Numbered from the stretch's first letter, positions 31,873 to 43,070 are shown. The stretch is DNA of 64,000 bases from a bacterium BMS3Bbin05 (GCA_002897855.1 BDTO01000067.1:9950-73949); one strand, 5' to 3'. Translations and numbers: made by a program. The notes: a model not told the origin generated them from the sequence alone.

Positions 31873-32227
31873 ATGCCTCTCTTACCATTTCGAGCAGGAG
31901 CCTCGGGCTGAAGGGTTTGGTAATATAGCGGTCTACTCCGCACTTGAGGCCAATCTGCTCATCATCTTCCTGCCCCTTGGCTGTAAGCATAAATATGGGA
32001 ATAGCCGCAAGTTCCTCATCCGTCTTGAGCTCCCTGCAGATATCTATTCCGCTTACCTCGGGCATCATCCAGTCGAGTATTATGAGATCAGGCTTCTCCT
32101 GTCTTATTAATTCTACCGCCCCCCTGCTCTCACGGGTCGTAATCACGTCAAAACCCGCCTTCTGGAGCTTATCTTCTATCATCATCAGGATAAATGGTTC
32201 ATCATCTACTACTATTATCTTAGGCAT
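31859..32227 (-). CDS. Single-domain response regulator
   Basis: VVDDE, LDWMMPEVSG, MLTA, KPF. Confidence 0.95.
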   Translation of the reverse strand: MPKIIVVDDEPFILMMIEDKLQKAGFDVITTRESRGAVELIRQEKPDLIILDWMMPEVSGIDICRELKTDEELAAIPIFMLTAKGQEDDEQIGLKCGVDRYITKPFSPRLLLEMVREAFGGI

Positions 32228-35200
32228 TTATCTCTCTCTTCAGCGGGATACTGACCGTCACCGTTGTCCCTTCTTTATAACTGCTTTCCAAGCCCATAAA
32301 GCCATTATGCATATTAACCAGTTCCTTGCAAAGTACAAGCCCCAGGCCCGTCCCCTTAATTTTTCCGGAAAGACTTCCCCTGAAAAACTTTTCACCAATG
32401 TGAATTAAATCTTCATTTGTCATTCCCCAACCGTTATCTTTAACCTGAAATATAACATTTTCATGCTCTTTTTTAACGGATACATTAATTATTACATATT
32501 TGTCAGAATAGGTCAACGCATTATGTATGATATTAATAAGTATTTGCTTGATTTTTTCGTTATCTGCATGGAAAGAGTCCAAATGAGTTTCAACTGAAAA
32601 ATTAAGTTTGGCCGATTTTTCGCTGATGGCATTTTCAAAAGTCATCATGAGGTCATTGATCAGATCACGAATCTTTATTTCAGTTACATTCAGTACCGCC
32701 TTGCCATTCTCTATTTTTGACAGGTTCAGCAGGTCTGAAACCATACTGGAAAGTCTTGTCCCTTCATCGTGTATTGTACCAAGATACTCCCTTGCGCGCC
32801 GCCCCGAAACATCGCCGGAGAGCAACATTTCGGCCATGCCTACAATCGCAGAGAGGGGCGTTCGGAATTCATGTGAAACCCTCCTCACCAGTTCACTCTT
32901 CAACTTGTCAATCTTTTTTGACTTCGTAACATCCCTGATAATTTGCACTGCACCCCTTATCCGGCCATTGATATCAACGAGAGGTGACGAGCTGATATGA
33001 ATCGTCTTCTCACCGCCGCCAGGTCCCTGAATTGTTGCCTCTGTATCAGACCTTTCCCCCTGAAGGGACTTTCCGACAGGACAGACTTTGGTTCCGTCTT
33101 CATGCGGCAACACATCCGTAAAATGCCTGTCCACGACAGACGCTGCAGGCATGTTAAGGATATTTACCAGTGCCCTGTTTACAGATGTCACAATTCCATC
33201 GGTATTCACCGTGCAGACCCCTTCGGACATGCTGTCAAAAACAGCCTCCGCAAGCCCTCTGTCCATTATCCTTTTTTCATACAGGTCTGCCGTCTCTATG
33301 GATACGGACAGGATACTGGAAACAACAAGAAGGAAGTGCAAATCTTCTTCTTCTATGGAGGCAATACGTCTGTAAAGTAGCGATATTACACCATAAACCC
33401 TGCCACTCACCTTTACGGGAACACTGACTACCGTCCTGAAACTGTTTCTGGTGATAACTTCAGGGATATAATACTGCTTTTCCTTTAGGATATCACTGTT
33501 TATTAAGTAGTCACCCGATACGGCAACCGCATTTTCAATTGAATATACGCCTTTAGGCAGGGCCTTTTCTTCATCTTCCATCTCTACACCCTTAATTACG
33601 TCCAGAGTAATCTCCCCCGAATCACTTACCAACGCAAACCATGCAGCTGTTGAATTAAAATAATCCATGACAAGATCAACGGCAAACACCAATAGCTCCC
33701 TTTTATCTGTAAATGTCGAAACAGCAGCCGCAAACTCAAGCAGAACCCTCTGCTCCCTGATGCGTCTCTTTCTTTGCTCTTCAAACAACCATTTTACTTT
33801 CTCATACAGATTTATATTATCTGCGGCAAGACCCGCCATCTTGCCGGCAGACATGAGTATTCTCTGTTCTTCTTCAGTAAAAAAATGCTCCCTGAAAGAA
33901 AAAAGACAGATTACTCCGAGTATCTTCTCCTTCCCCCGGATCGGGGAACAGCTATACCCCTTTATACCGGAAAAGCGGAGAATTGACCTGTCAATACGGT
34001 AATCCCTCGATACATCCTGGACCATAATCCCCTCCCCGGTAACAGCGACTCTGCCCGGAATATCTTCACCGATCCTTATCCTGCCTCTCATTTGGGCAAA
34101 GTCTTCGGAAACACCTTCGTGATAAACACAATTCAGCGCTTTTCTGTCCTCGTCCAGGAGATAAACCCCTCCGCCATCCATATCAAGGATATCCTTCAAC
34201 TTTGCAACTACTTCCGCAAATATAGTATCCACCTTCAATGAACTGCTCAACATGGCGGATATCTCATTAAGGGTAGCCAGTTCCCTGTTCTTTCTTGATA
34301 TGGTTTCTTCATACTTTCTGCTTTCCGTAACATCCCTCATCAGTTCAACAACATATATAGTTTCACCGTCCATATCCCTGACCGGGCATGCCACTATCTC
34401 ATCATAATGGCTTACACCCCTCCTGTCTTTATGCTCATGGATAGTTCTAGCGATATTTCCATTCTCCAGCACTTGTTTCGAGGGGCAATCCCCGCCGTCT
34501 GTCCAGCACGGTTTACTTTCATCGTGTCCTACCGAATAACATTTCCTGCCGATAATATCATCACCATATACTTCGAACGCGCTCCTGTTTGCATTGATTA
34601 TCCTGTATTCTCTGTCAATCAGCAGCATCTTGTCTTCAATACTGTTCATGATAGTCTCAAGGTGTTTCTTGGATTCGAGGAGTCTGTTTATCAGATTGGC
34701 CTGTTCCCTGAAATCCTTGATAACCATCACAGTACCGTCGAACTGATGTTCCCCGGTTATCGGAGAAAGCGTAATAAGAGCCGGAATATTTTCACCGGTT
34801 TTTGACATTATCGATATCTGATTTGAAGAAGAAACCCCTTTCACCCTGCTTGTATCTACCTCATGTCTCATGATCAAAGCATTCTCATCATCAAGCAGAT
34901 CGTATGCGGACATATCGGCTATGTCGTCTTTTTCATAACCAAAGAGCTTTGAAAAAGCGGGGTTTATGTCAATAATCATATCTCCGGCATCAAGTATGCA
35001 CATGGCATCCATCATCGCCCTTATATAAAGATCCTTCTTTTTGAGTTCCCCTGTATCTTCCTTAATTGCCCTGGCCATGCGGTTAAAGGTCTCGGTAACC
35101 TCTCCAAGCTCATCATTGAACATGACGGGAAGTTCTACATCGAAATTTCCCTTTCTGACAGCCTCGGCCCCCTGAGACAATCTCCTTATCGGCAGTACTA

Positions 35201-35462
35201 TTTTCCTTGAGAAAAAGAGAGACAGCAGAAATGCAATAAAAAATGAATAAAAGGACATAACGGCAATGTCATCGAACATCTTATAATTCAGATCTGTCCT
35301 TAGTTGTGAAATATTCGGTCTGACGTCGGCAGGCACCCGCTCGTATTTCGATAATACTGAATCCATGTTGATATTTATGCGGATAAACAGGGGGATAATA
35401 AACGTACATGCAAATACCAGGAATATAATGAAAAGCCTGTATACAATCTTCTTTCTAAACAT
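32220..35462 (-). CDS. Membrane sensor histidine kinase (HAMP-PAS-PAS-GAF-GAF-PAS-HisKA-HATPase)
   Basis: Two TMs, HAMP DELG..FN.M, SHEFRTPL H-box, NALTY, DNGWG, GTGLGL. Confidence 0.92.
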   Translation of the reverse strand: MFRKKIVYRLFIIFLVFACTFIIPLFIRININMDSVLSKYERVPADVRPNISQLRTDLNYKMFDDIAVMSFYSFFIAFLLSLFFSRKIVLPIRRLSQGAEAVRKGNFDVELPVMFNDELGEVTETFNRMARAIKEDTGELKKKDLYIRAMMDAMCILDAGDMIIDINPAFSKLFGYEKDDIADMSAYDLLDDENALIMRHEVDTSRVKGVSSSNQISIMSKTGENIPALITLSPITGEHQFDGTVMVIKDFREQANLINRLLESKKHLETIMNSIEDKMLLIDREYRIINANRSAFEVYGDDIIGRKCYSVGHDESKPCWTDGGDCPSKQVLENGNIARTIHEHKDRRGVSHYDEIVACPVRDMDGETIYVVELMRDVTESRKYEETISRKNRELATLNEISAMLSSSLKVDTIFAEVVAKLKDILDMDGGGVYLLDEDRKALNCVYHEGVSEDFAQMRGRIRIGEDIPGRVAVTGEGIMVQDVSRDYRIDRSILRFSGIKGYSCSPIRGKEKILGVICLFSFREHFFTEEEQRILMSAGKMAGLAADNINLYEKVKWLFEEQRKRRIREQRVLLEFAAAVSTFTDKRELLVFAVDLVMDYFNSTAAWFALVSDSGEITLDVIKGVEMEDEEKALPKGVYSIENAVAVSGDYLINSDILKEKQYYIPEVITRNSFRTVVSVPVKVSGRVYGVISLLYRRIASIEEEDLHFLLVVSSILSVSIETADLYEKRIMDRGLAEAVFDSMSEGVCTVNTDGIVTSVNRALVNILNMPAASVVDRHFTDVLPHEDGTKVCPVGKSLQGERSDTEATIQGPGGGEKTIHISSSPLVDINGRIRGAVQIIRDVTKSKKIDKLKSELVRRVSHEFRTPLSAIVGMAEMLLSGDVSGRRAREYLGTIHDEGTRLSSMVSDLLNLSKIENGKAVLNVTEIKIRDLINDLMMTFENAISEKSAKLNFSVETHLDSFHADNEKIKQILINIIHNALTYSDKYVIINVSVKKEHENVIFQVKDNGWGMTNEDLIHIGEKFFRGSLSGKIKGTGLGLVLCKELVNMHNGFMGLESSYKEGTTVTVSIPLKREINA

Positions 35463-36399
35463 TCAGAACAACCAGTACCAGATAGATAACAGATACTACT
35501 ATCACCCATGATACACCAATGATAAAGAGGGGCCTGAATCCCCCTTCCGCGATATAATCAAAATCAACGGAAAGTCCTATTGCGGCAAGAGCGGTAGATA
35601 ATGAAAACTTGCTGATATAACCTGCATATTCCGAAAACCTCTGGAAATGAAAAAGGTTTACCAGTACAGCAAGAACAATAAACACTATCACAAACCACGG
35701 CACATAGAACCTCCTGCCTTTGGCGGGAGACAGCAATATCGCAACAGTGACAATAAAAATAAGCATGGACATTCTCAGGAGTTTAAAGTTTACGGCAAGA
35801 CGGTAACTTTCGTTACTGTAACCCGCAGCGGTTACCTTAACCTGCCCCAGCATTGGCAGTGTAGTCCCCGTAATAAAGGCAAAAGCATCATTGGATAATG
35901 AAAGAAGGTCACCGAAAATCGGGTAGAGGACCATCCCGATGAGACCAAACATCATAACAACAATTACTGAAAGGGAAGTCTCTTCGTTCTTTGCGCCGAT
36001 AAGCGGGGATACAATTGCTATAGCCGAAGCGCCGCATACCGAGAATCCCGTTGCGAGCAAAACACCAAGCCTCCTGTCCACCCCGACAGTCCCTGAAACA
36101 AAATAAATAAGGAAAAACATGGAAAGAAAAACAATCATAACCGCAGGCCAGTAATACGGGCTGATATGACTCACACTAAGCTGTGCACCATAAAGGGCAA
36201 TACCTATGGGAAGAAAGATTTTTAAAGACATCTTTATCCCTTTATCGAGAAATTGCCTGTCATTAAAAAGATTCGCTATAATCATCCCCAGGATTATTGA
36301 TATAACAAGAGCATCAAAAGCGGGGTGTAATGTGGAAAGCACAAAAGATATGACAGCAATCAGGAGTGAAAATAATACACCAATAGTTCTACCGTTCAT
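35455..36399 (-). CDS. YeiH / putative sulfate exporter family membrane protein
   Basis: Multi-TM; GFSVCGASAI, KLLR, ALAAIGL. Confidence 0.85.
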   Translation of the reverse strand: MNGRTIGVLFSLLIAVISFVLSTLHPAFDALVISIILGMIIANLFNDRQFLDKGIKMSLKIFLPIGIALYGAQLSVSHISPYYWPAVMIVFLSMFFLIYFVSGTVGVDRRLGVLLATGFSVCGASAIAIVSPLIGAKNEETSLSVIVVMMFGLIGMVLYPIFGDLLSLSNDAFAFITGTTLPMLGQVKVTAAGYSNESYRLAVNFKLLRMSMLIFIVTVAILLSPAKGRRFYVPWFVIVFIVLAVLVNLFHFQRFSEYAGYISKFSLSTALAAIGLSVDFDYIAEGGFRPLFIIGVSWVIVVSVIYLVLVVLNV

Positions 36400-36451
36400 A
36401 TTATCTAAAATTTAACACATTTAATGATATTTTTTCAGCTTTAAGCTTTTA

Positions 36452-37198
36452 TCAGGCGATATTCAACATGCCGACAGGATTCGGGCTCCTGCGCTTATAT
36501 CCTTTGTTCTGGGCAATAATATCAACGGGAAGGCTCAGGATATCTGTCTCCTCCAGATTCTGCAATATGGTCTTTGAGACATCTACCGATTTAAAGTAGC
36601 TCTCGCACTGATTACATGCATCTATCCTCATATCTGTATCATCAACGTATATTATATCGATCAGTTTCGGGTCTTCATTGTGACAATTCGGACACCCTAT
36701 CCTCTTATAGAACCCGATAGTTCCGCAGAAAGAGCAGTAATACCTCCTCCGGGCCTCTTCTTCAAGAACCGAAAGGGCAGGGACAGCATTGCATACGGGA
36801 CACCTCCCCTCTTCCCAGTAAATGTTATCGACATTTATGGAAGCCCTTATGGACCTGAAATACATCCTGCTTATAATATATAGAAGCGAGAGCATCTCTT
36901 CAGACATAATCGGCGTAGCAAATGCCGCCGTGTCGCCCTGCGGAAGAAGCATAAAGTCTATAATTCCTGATTTCATCGCCTCCTTCACAGGTACAAGTTG
37001 TTCCGGGGACAGGGAAAAAATGCGGGAAAAACTGTCCAGGACATTATCAATGTCCTCTTTTATATAAGCATGATAGTCATTATCGAGAGTACCGTAACGA
37101 TAATTCAGATCGATATGTTCAAACTCTTTTACCTTGCCATACAGTTCCAGTACGTCTTTCATATAAGGCATGGATTCTGAAACCTCATCAATATTCAT
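36452..37198 (-). CDS. fdhE: Formate dehydrogenase accessory protein FdhE
   Basis: CPVC, CSFC, CPNC, CNQC..Y.K; downstream of fdnGHI. Confidence 0.88.
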   Translation of the reverse strand: MNIDEVSESMPYMKDVLELYGKVKEFEHIDLNYRYGTLDNDYHAYIKEDIDNVLDSFSRIFSLSPEQLVPVKEAMKSGIIDFMLLPQGDTAAFATPIMSEEMLSLLYIISRMYFRSIRASINVDNIYWEEGRCPVCNAVPALSVLEEEARRRYYCSFCGTIGFYKRIGCPNCHNEDPKLIDIIYVDDTDMRIDACNQCESYFKSVDVSKTILQNLEETDILSLPVDIIAQNKGYKRRSPNPVGMLNIA

Positions 37199-37441
37199 GG
37201 CACCTCCGGTGTTTTAACTACAACAGGGTCTCCCCTGAGCGCTTCAATAAGAAAAATACGCCCTCTTTCCCCCTGCGCTGAGACGAGGAGAGTTCAGTAT
37301 TAAGGGTCTGCCGGGATCGTTTCCAACACCTTTATTTAAAAATACTATCCCTTCATCAAGGGTATTAAACACTCCATTATGCATATACGGGGCCGTTAAT
37401 ACAATCTCCCTGAGTGAAGGGGTCTTGAATGCCTTCCGGTC
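37195..37441 (-). pseudogene. Frameshifted C-terminal remnant of a di-haem cytochrome c peroxidase/MauG-family gene
   Basis: Manual translation [33 protein letters not shown], then shifted [19 protein letters not shown]; the stop overlaps the fdhE ATG (ATGA). Confidence 0.8.
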
Positions 37442-37570
37442 TAATGAGAAGTCCCTGTATTTATAAGGGAAGTACTTGATGACCGGACTTACCTTTCCAT
37501 GATAATGATCAACTAATTTTTTTATAAAACCCGATTCATGAATAATGCGGGCTGAATAACGAACCCGGGT

Positions 37571-37607
37571 AAAAAAGAAAAAGGGGGAGGAAGGACCTTC
37601 CTACCCC
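37571..37607 (-). terminator. Intrinsic terminator after fdnI
   Basis: GGGGTAGGAAGGTCCTTCCTCCCCC hairpin followed by TTTTTCTTTTTT. Confidence 0.75.
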
Positions 37608-37620
37608 ATCCTGCATTCGA

Positions 37621-38232
37621 CTAATCAGCGCCGATCTCTTTCACCCATTTGGGGTGTTTTTTCTTTGCCCAGTAAAGGGGTATCCAGCCTTTCGTCATTA
37701 TCCTGAAAGTGCCCGGATTGGCCGCTGTAGCAAGATATATATGGATTGGAATCAATATCGCAAAAACAAAGAACGGCAGATTATGAAGTATGTGTCCCCA
37801 CATCATCACGTTCTTTGAACCCGGGCTAAGCCACATGAGGAATCCCGAAGCAGCTATCAGGAGACCGCACAGTACCACAACTATCACAACCAGCTTCTGG
37901 CCGGCATTGAGCTTCCCCTGCGGCGGGGGCTCCAGATCCTTTGACAGGTATCCTCCGAGCATCCCCATCCATTCGCTGTCTTCCCCGGACCATGAAAGCG
38001 CCTCTCCAAGCCATACCCCCATGGACAGGATAACCGAAACCGTAAATACAACACCAACCCAGTTATGGATCAACCTCGCTACATGCTGACCTCCGAATAC
38101 CGTGTTTATCCAGCCGAGTTCATTCTGATACAGGAACCCGAATCCCGTCAGGAGAAGAGTGATCCCGCTGATTGCCATCATCCAGTGAACAAATCTTTCA
38201 TACGATGTAGTTTTTTGTACCATCCTGGTCAT
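37621..38232 (-). CDS. fdnI: Formate dehydrogenase gamma subunit (cytochrome b)
   Basis: ERFVHW, IHNW, GKLNAGQK, ILHN, IHIY, WAKKKHPKW; four TMs. Confidence 0.92.
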   Translation of the reverse strand: MTRMVQKTTSYERFVHWMMAISGITLLLTGFGFLYQNELGWINTVFGGQHVARLIHNWVGVVFTVSVILSMGVWLGEALSWSGEDSEWMGMLGGYLSKDLEPPPQGKLNAGQKLVVIVVVLCGLLIAASGFLMWLSPGSKNVMMWGHILHNLPFFVFAILIPIHIYLATAANPGTFRIMTKGWIPLYWAKKKHPKWVKEIGAD

Positions 38233-38234
38233 GG

Positions 38235-39047
38235 CTATTCTCCTCCTTTCCCGGATTCATCTTCCGGTTCGACTTCCTTTGGTCCTATCGTAATATAATG
38301 AAGAAGTGCCGCTGCTGCTGCGGCCCCAAGGCCTATCACGGAGAAAGGCCTGAGAAAGCCGTCCCAGAATGCAATGCTTGCGTTGTAGGTGGGGTCAGGC
38401 AGATTATACGCTTCAGGAGACTCCCTGATCGCAAACGTAACCCCAAGCCCCTTAAGGTCATTCTCTCCGTAAACTTTGTAACCGGCGGTCTTTGCCCCCG
38501 CTATGAGCCCGTCCCTGCTGCTGAACTTGATAGCCCCTGTAGTACAGGCCTTCGCGCATGCAGTCGACAACCCGTTTGATATCCTGTCGGAGCAAAGGGT
38601 ACATTTTGAAATTTTATCATTCTCATCATACCGGGGGACATCGAAAGGACATGCGGCAACACATAGCTTACAACCTATGCATTTCTTCTTGTCATACATG
38701 ACAGCGCCTTCCTTTGTCCTGAAAATGGCTCCGGGAGCCGGACATATATCCATACAGCCGGCCTGACCGCAGTGCATACAGGAGCGGCGTACAAACAGCC
38801 AGTCGACACCCACGTTACTGTTCTTCTCGATAAAATGGATCTTGTTAAAGAGGTGCGGAGTAAGCCTCGGGGGGTTTTCATATGTTCCGCTGTTAACCGT
38901 CCTGTCGCCGGGAAGCCTGTTCCACTGCTTGCACGCAGTCTGGCAGGCCCTGCAGCCGATGCAAAGCTCGGGAGTTATAAGGAGTCCCTTCCTCTTCTTC
39001 CCGACATCGACTCCGCTCATCATTCTCTGTTTTTCTGTATTCGTCAT
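38235..39047 (-). CDS. fdnH: Formate dehydrogenase iron-sulfur beta subunit
   Basis: CIGCRACQTAC, CMHC...C..ICP, CIGCKLCVAACP, KCTLC..R; C-terminal TM ending HYITIGP. Confidence 0.93.
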   Translation of the reverse strand: MTNTEKQRMMSGVDVGKKRKGLLITPELCIGCRACQTACKQWNRLPGDRTVNSGTYENPPRLTPHLFNKIHFIEKNSNVGVDWLFVRRSCMHCGQAGCMDICPAPGAIFRTKEGAVMYDKKKCIGCKLCVAACPFDVPRYDENDKISKCTLCSDRISNGLSTACAKACTTGAIKFSSRDGLIAGAKTAGYKVYGENDLKGLGVTFAIRESPEAYNLPDPTYNASIAFWDGFLRPFSVIGLGAAAAAALLHYITIGPKEVEPEDESGKGGE

Positions 39048-39059
39048 CTATATCACCCC

Positions 39060-42000
39060 CTATGCCTTTTCAACGTTGACCATAAAGGCCTTGGTTTCGG
39101 GAATCATCGTATTGGCGTCTCCGATAGTAGGTGTCAGCAGGTTGGCGGAATCACCTCCGCTTCCGTCTTCAGGATACTGCCAGCCGAAGCACCATGGAAG
39201 CCCTACCTCGTGAACCGTCTTATCCATAATCTTGAAGGGTCTGAACCTGGCTGTCACTATGGCAATTGCCCATACCTTTCCCCTGATCGAGGAAATTATC
39301 ACCTTGTCGCCGGGGGTTATACCCTTCTCTTTTGCAAGCTCATGGCTCATTTCCACAAATATCTGGGGCTGCATTTCCAGTTGCCACGGCAGGTGTCTTG
39401 TAAGTACCCCTGTCTGCCAGTGTTCGGTTAAACGATAAGTGGTAGCCACGTGGGGATAAGCGGGATTAGATGTGGTAAAGATGTCCACGGCGAGCCCTGC
39501 TCCTTTCTTTGCGGCCTCTTTAGCATCATCCGTAACGCCGTAGAAAAGTTTAGTGGCAGGATTAATCCTTACACTGGACATAGGATTTTCCTGAATAGGA
39601 GATTCAAGAGGTTCATAATGCTCCGGGAACGGACCGTCGGCACGTCCGGGGCCGAAAATATGGGCTACACCGGACGGCTTCATGATAAAAGCGAGCTTTG
39701 TCTTCGCCTTGTTTGCAAGCGGCGGCCATCCCCCGTCAGGCACATCACCAATCCATTTCTTACCGTTCCAGTATATCACGGGTTTCTCAGGATTCCTTGG
39801 TCTGCCGTTTTCATCGACTGATGCACGGTTATAGATTATTCTCCTGTTTACAGGCCACGCCCATGACCACTCCGGATAAAGACCGATGCCTGTGGGATCC
39901 TTAATCGACCTCCTGGCCATCATATTGCCCTTTTCGTTAAACGACTGGCAATACAGCCAGTTTCCGGACGAGGTCGAACCGTCTGCCTGCAACCAGGCAA
40001 AGCTCGGTACAAGTTCACCCTTTCTGAAATTATGGACCTTGCCCTTTTTCACGATGCGGGTGTCCTTCATGAACCTTCCGTTGATCTCCCTGGCAATCTC
40101 ATGAGTATCAATCCTGCGAACCTTGCCGTCGGGATCCTTCGGGCCATAATCCCAGGATAGCTTTACGATCGGATCAGGATATGCGCCACCCTCTTTTTCA
40201 TAAAGTTTTTTAACCCTCCAGAAAAGCTCATTCATTATCCCGGAGTCGGGCATAGCTTCACCAGGTGGATTGACAGCCTTGTATCTCCATTGCGCCCACC
40301 TGCCGGAATTAGTGATACTGCCCTCTTTTTCAACAGACGCTGCGCAAGGCAGTTCAAAGACCTCCGTCTTAATATCTTCCGGCTTTATACCCGGTCCCCT
40401 CCAGAAAGAGCCTGTCTCATTGTCAAAGAGGTTGACATTGACCATCCAGTCGAGTTTTGCCAATGCATCTCGAACTTTCCCTGCATTTGAGCCGGAACAT
40501 GCAGGGTTTTGGCCCCATGCAAAGAAGCCTTTGAACTTGCCCCTGAACATCTCATCAAAGATCATCAGCCATGATGCATTCTGGCCGTCATCAAGCTTGG
40601 GAAGCCACTGGTAACCGAATTCATTCTCCCGGGTCGCAGCGGCGCCATAATGGGCCTTTAAAAGACTTATCGAGTATTTGGGATAGTTTCCCCACCAGTT
40701 GGCACTGTTCGGCTCTTTTGTCTTTGGTGTGTAATGGTCATTATACTTCTGAAGGGTTGAGTCGGATGCCCTTGGGGTCTTAAGGTATCCGGGGAGTATA
40801 TGGAACAGTAAGCAGTGGTCTGTTGAGCCCTGGACATTGCTCTCACCCCTGAGTGCATTCACACCTCCACCGGCAATTCCGATGTTTCCGAGGAGGAGTT
40901 GAATTATTGCCATCGCCCGGATTATCTGTGTTCCAATGGTATGCTGAGTCCAGCCCATCGCATACATGACCGTTCCGGCCTTATGCGGGCCGCCGGTAGA
41001 GGTATAGGTCTTATACACCTCCAGTAATTTGTCCTTCGGCGTCCCCGTAATCTCAACCACCTTGTCAATGGTATATCTCGATACATGCTTTTTCAGTAGC
41101 TGAAACACCGAAAAGGGGTTTTTCAGACTCTTATCCTTTTTTATTACACCATTCGCATCCTTCTGGAATGCCCACGTCTTCTTGTTGTACTTCCTCTTCT
41201 TTGGGTCATATCCGGAAAAGACACCATCCAGTTCCCCCGGCATCTTGAAGTCGGTATCGACAAGAAATGGGTTGTTTGTATAATTCTCGATATAGAAATC
41301 ATCGTATAGCTTGTTGTCGATTATATACTTGATCATCCCGTTCAGAAAAGCGATATCCGCACCGGACCGGATAGGGGCAAATATGTCAGCCTTGGAAGAA
41401 CTCCTCGTAAAGCGCGGGTCGACACTTATCAGCTTTGCGCCCTTTTCCTTTGCCTTCATCACCCACTTGAAGCTAATGGGGTGATTCTCGGCAGGGTTAC
41501 TACCCATTACAAGTACTACATCGGCATTCCTGATGTCTATCCAGTGATTTGTCATTGCACCGCGTCCAAACGACTCTGCCAGAGCCGCTACAGTAGCGGA
41601 GTGTCATATTCGAGCCTGATGTTCTATATAGACGAGCCCGAGAGAGCGGAGCCATTTCTGGAAGATATAGCACTCCTCGTTATCAAGTGCGGCGCTTCCA
41701 ACAGATGCAATACCGTCGCACCGGTTGACGACCAGACCTTTGGAATTTTTCCTCACAAAGGACTCATCGCGTGTCTTTTTAATTTTCCTCGCAATCTGAT
41801 CAAGCGCCCAGTCCCACTCGACCTCCTTCCACTCCCTGGACCCCGGCGCCCTGTAACGCGGCCTTGTAATCCTCGTCGGGTTATTCACCACCTGGTAAAG
41901 TGCAGCCCCCTTGGAACAGAGCATTCCTTCGTTGATTGGATGATCAGGGTCCCCCTCGGTATTGATAACCTTACCGTTCCGGGAATACACAATGATACCG

Positions 42001-42161
42001 CAGCCGACTGCACAGAACGGGCAGATGGTCTGTGTCTCTTTTGCATACCTGATTGGAAGGGTTGCTGCGTAACTTTTTGCAGCATCAAGGTTAACGAAAA
42101 TACCGCCGAGGAGGGCTGAACCAACCGAAAACTTCAGGAATCCACGTCTTGATACATCCAT
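39060..42161 (-). CDS. fdnG: Selenocysteine-containing formate dehydrogenase alpha subunit (Mo/W-bisPGD), 1033 aa, Sec186
   Basis: Tat signal SRRGFLK, CPFCAVGC..C; EHQARI-UGA-HSATVAALAESFGRGAMTNHW continuous in frame; NALRGESNVQG. Confidence 0.95.
41571..41603 (-). promoter_or_regulatory. Putative bacterial SECIS element
   Basis: CGGCTCT-GGC-AGAGTCG hairpin with a G-led loop starting 23 nt 3' of the UGA (41606-41604). Confidence 0.7.
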
Positions 42162-42409
42162 GATTCTCCCCCTTTCACGGACGACATGAAGTTCATGAGG
42201 TTAACGAAAAAAACTTTAACCACACATTTTATATATTTATATTATAAAGAAATATTAGTCCGATATTTATCAAATGTCAAGAAAAATTTGTATTTAAAAA
42301 ATCAGGTCCATCTTTATCGGGCTTTATCCCGTTTTTACCCCGGATATGTCATGACCGCAGACCATGCACGGGGGGGGCGCGCATTTGCATTTCGGAATTG
42401 CGCCACGGG

Positions 42410-42530
42410 GATTCTCCGCGGAGCCTGCCCTGAGCGGCAAGAAGCTAAAAGGAGAGATTCTTCGACAGGCTCAGAATGACAATAGTCGAAGGGCCCGGAA
42501 GGACAGCAAAAAGACTTTTTCAACAGCATG
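42410..42530. repeat. Nested REP-like repeat with one surviving TTTTTCAACAGC terminus
   Basis: GAGCCTGCCCTGAGC[...GATTCTTCGACAGGCTCAGAATGAC...]GTCGAAGGG; terminus shared with 26847-26989. Confidence 0.6.
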
Positions 42531-42577
42531 AAGATACCGGAAACTCAATCAACCAAAAATTAACACCTTTCTAAATA

Positions 42578-42720
42578 GAGTCTGCGTATAAAGTCGGTTT
42601 CTCTATCTGTCATTCCGGCAGTCCTTAAGCCGGAATCCAGTTTTTTCAATAAGTTCCGGATGTCCCGAACGCTTTCGGGGCATGACAGGAATAAAAAAAC
42701 AACAATTTATACACAACCTC
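42578..42720 (+). mobile_element. GAGTCTG-TIR MITE, copy 1
   Basis: GAGTCTGCGTATAAA...TTTATACACAACCTC; flanks TAAATA/TAATTA. Confidence 0.88.
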
Positions 42721-42723
42721 TAA

Positions 42724-43070
42724 TTATTGAACAACTGCAATCCCTGACGGACTTTTCCCGACCTGTATAGGATTCCCGACAACAGTATTGCTAACCGTAT
42801 CTATAACAGAAACATTGTTACTTCCGCTGTTGGCAGAAGAATCAATTGCCACCCCTTTCGGGCCGCTTCCGACAGTAATTGTTCTTAGCACCGTATTATT
42901 TGCAGTATCTATAACCGAAACTGTTCCGTTACCGCTATTTGTTAGATAGACCGTGCTTCCGGAAGGGGTTACTGTCAGGCCCCATGGGCTACTCGCTGTA
43001 CCCCGATTAATGTTCGTTATCACCATAGTAGGGTATCGATTATATTGACCGTTCCGCTACCACTCGGCAT
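42724..43070 (-). pseudogene. YVTN beta-propeller repeat protein fragment
   Basis: YLTNSGNGTVSVIDT, ANSGSNNVSVIDT, VG..P.G repeats; upstream repeat SGSGTVNIIDT is in another frame; internal deletion. Confidence 0.8.
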
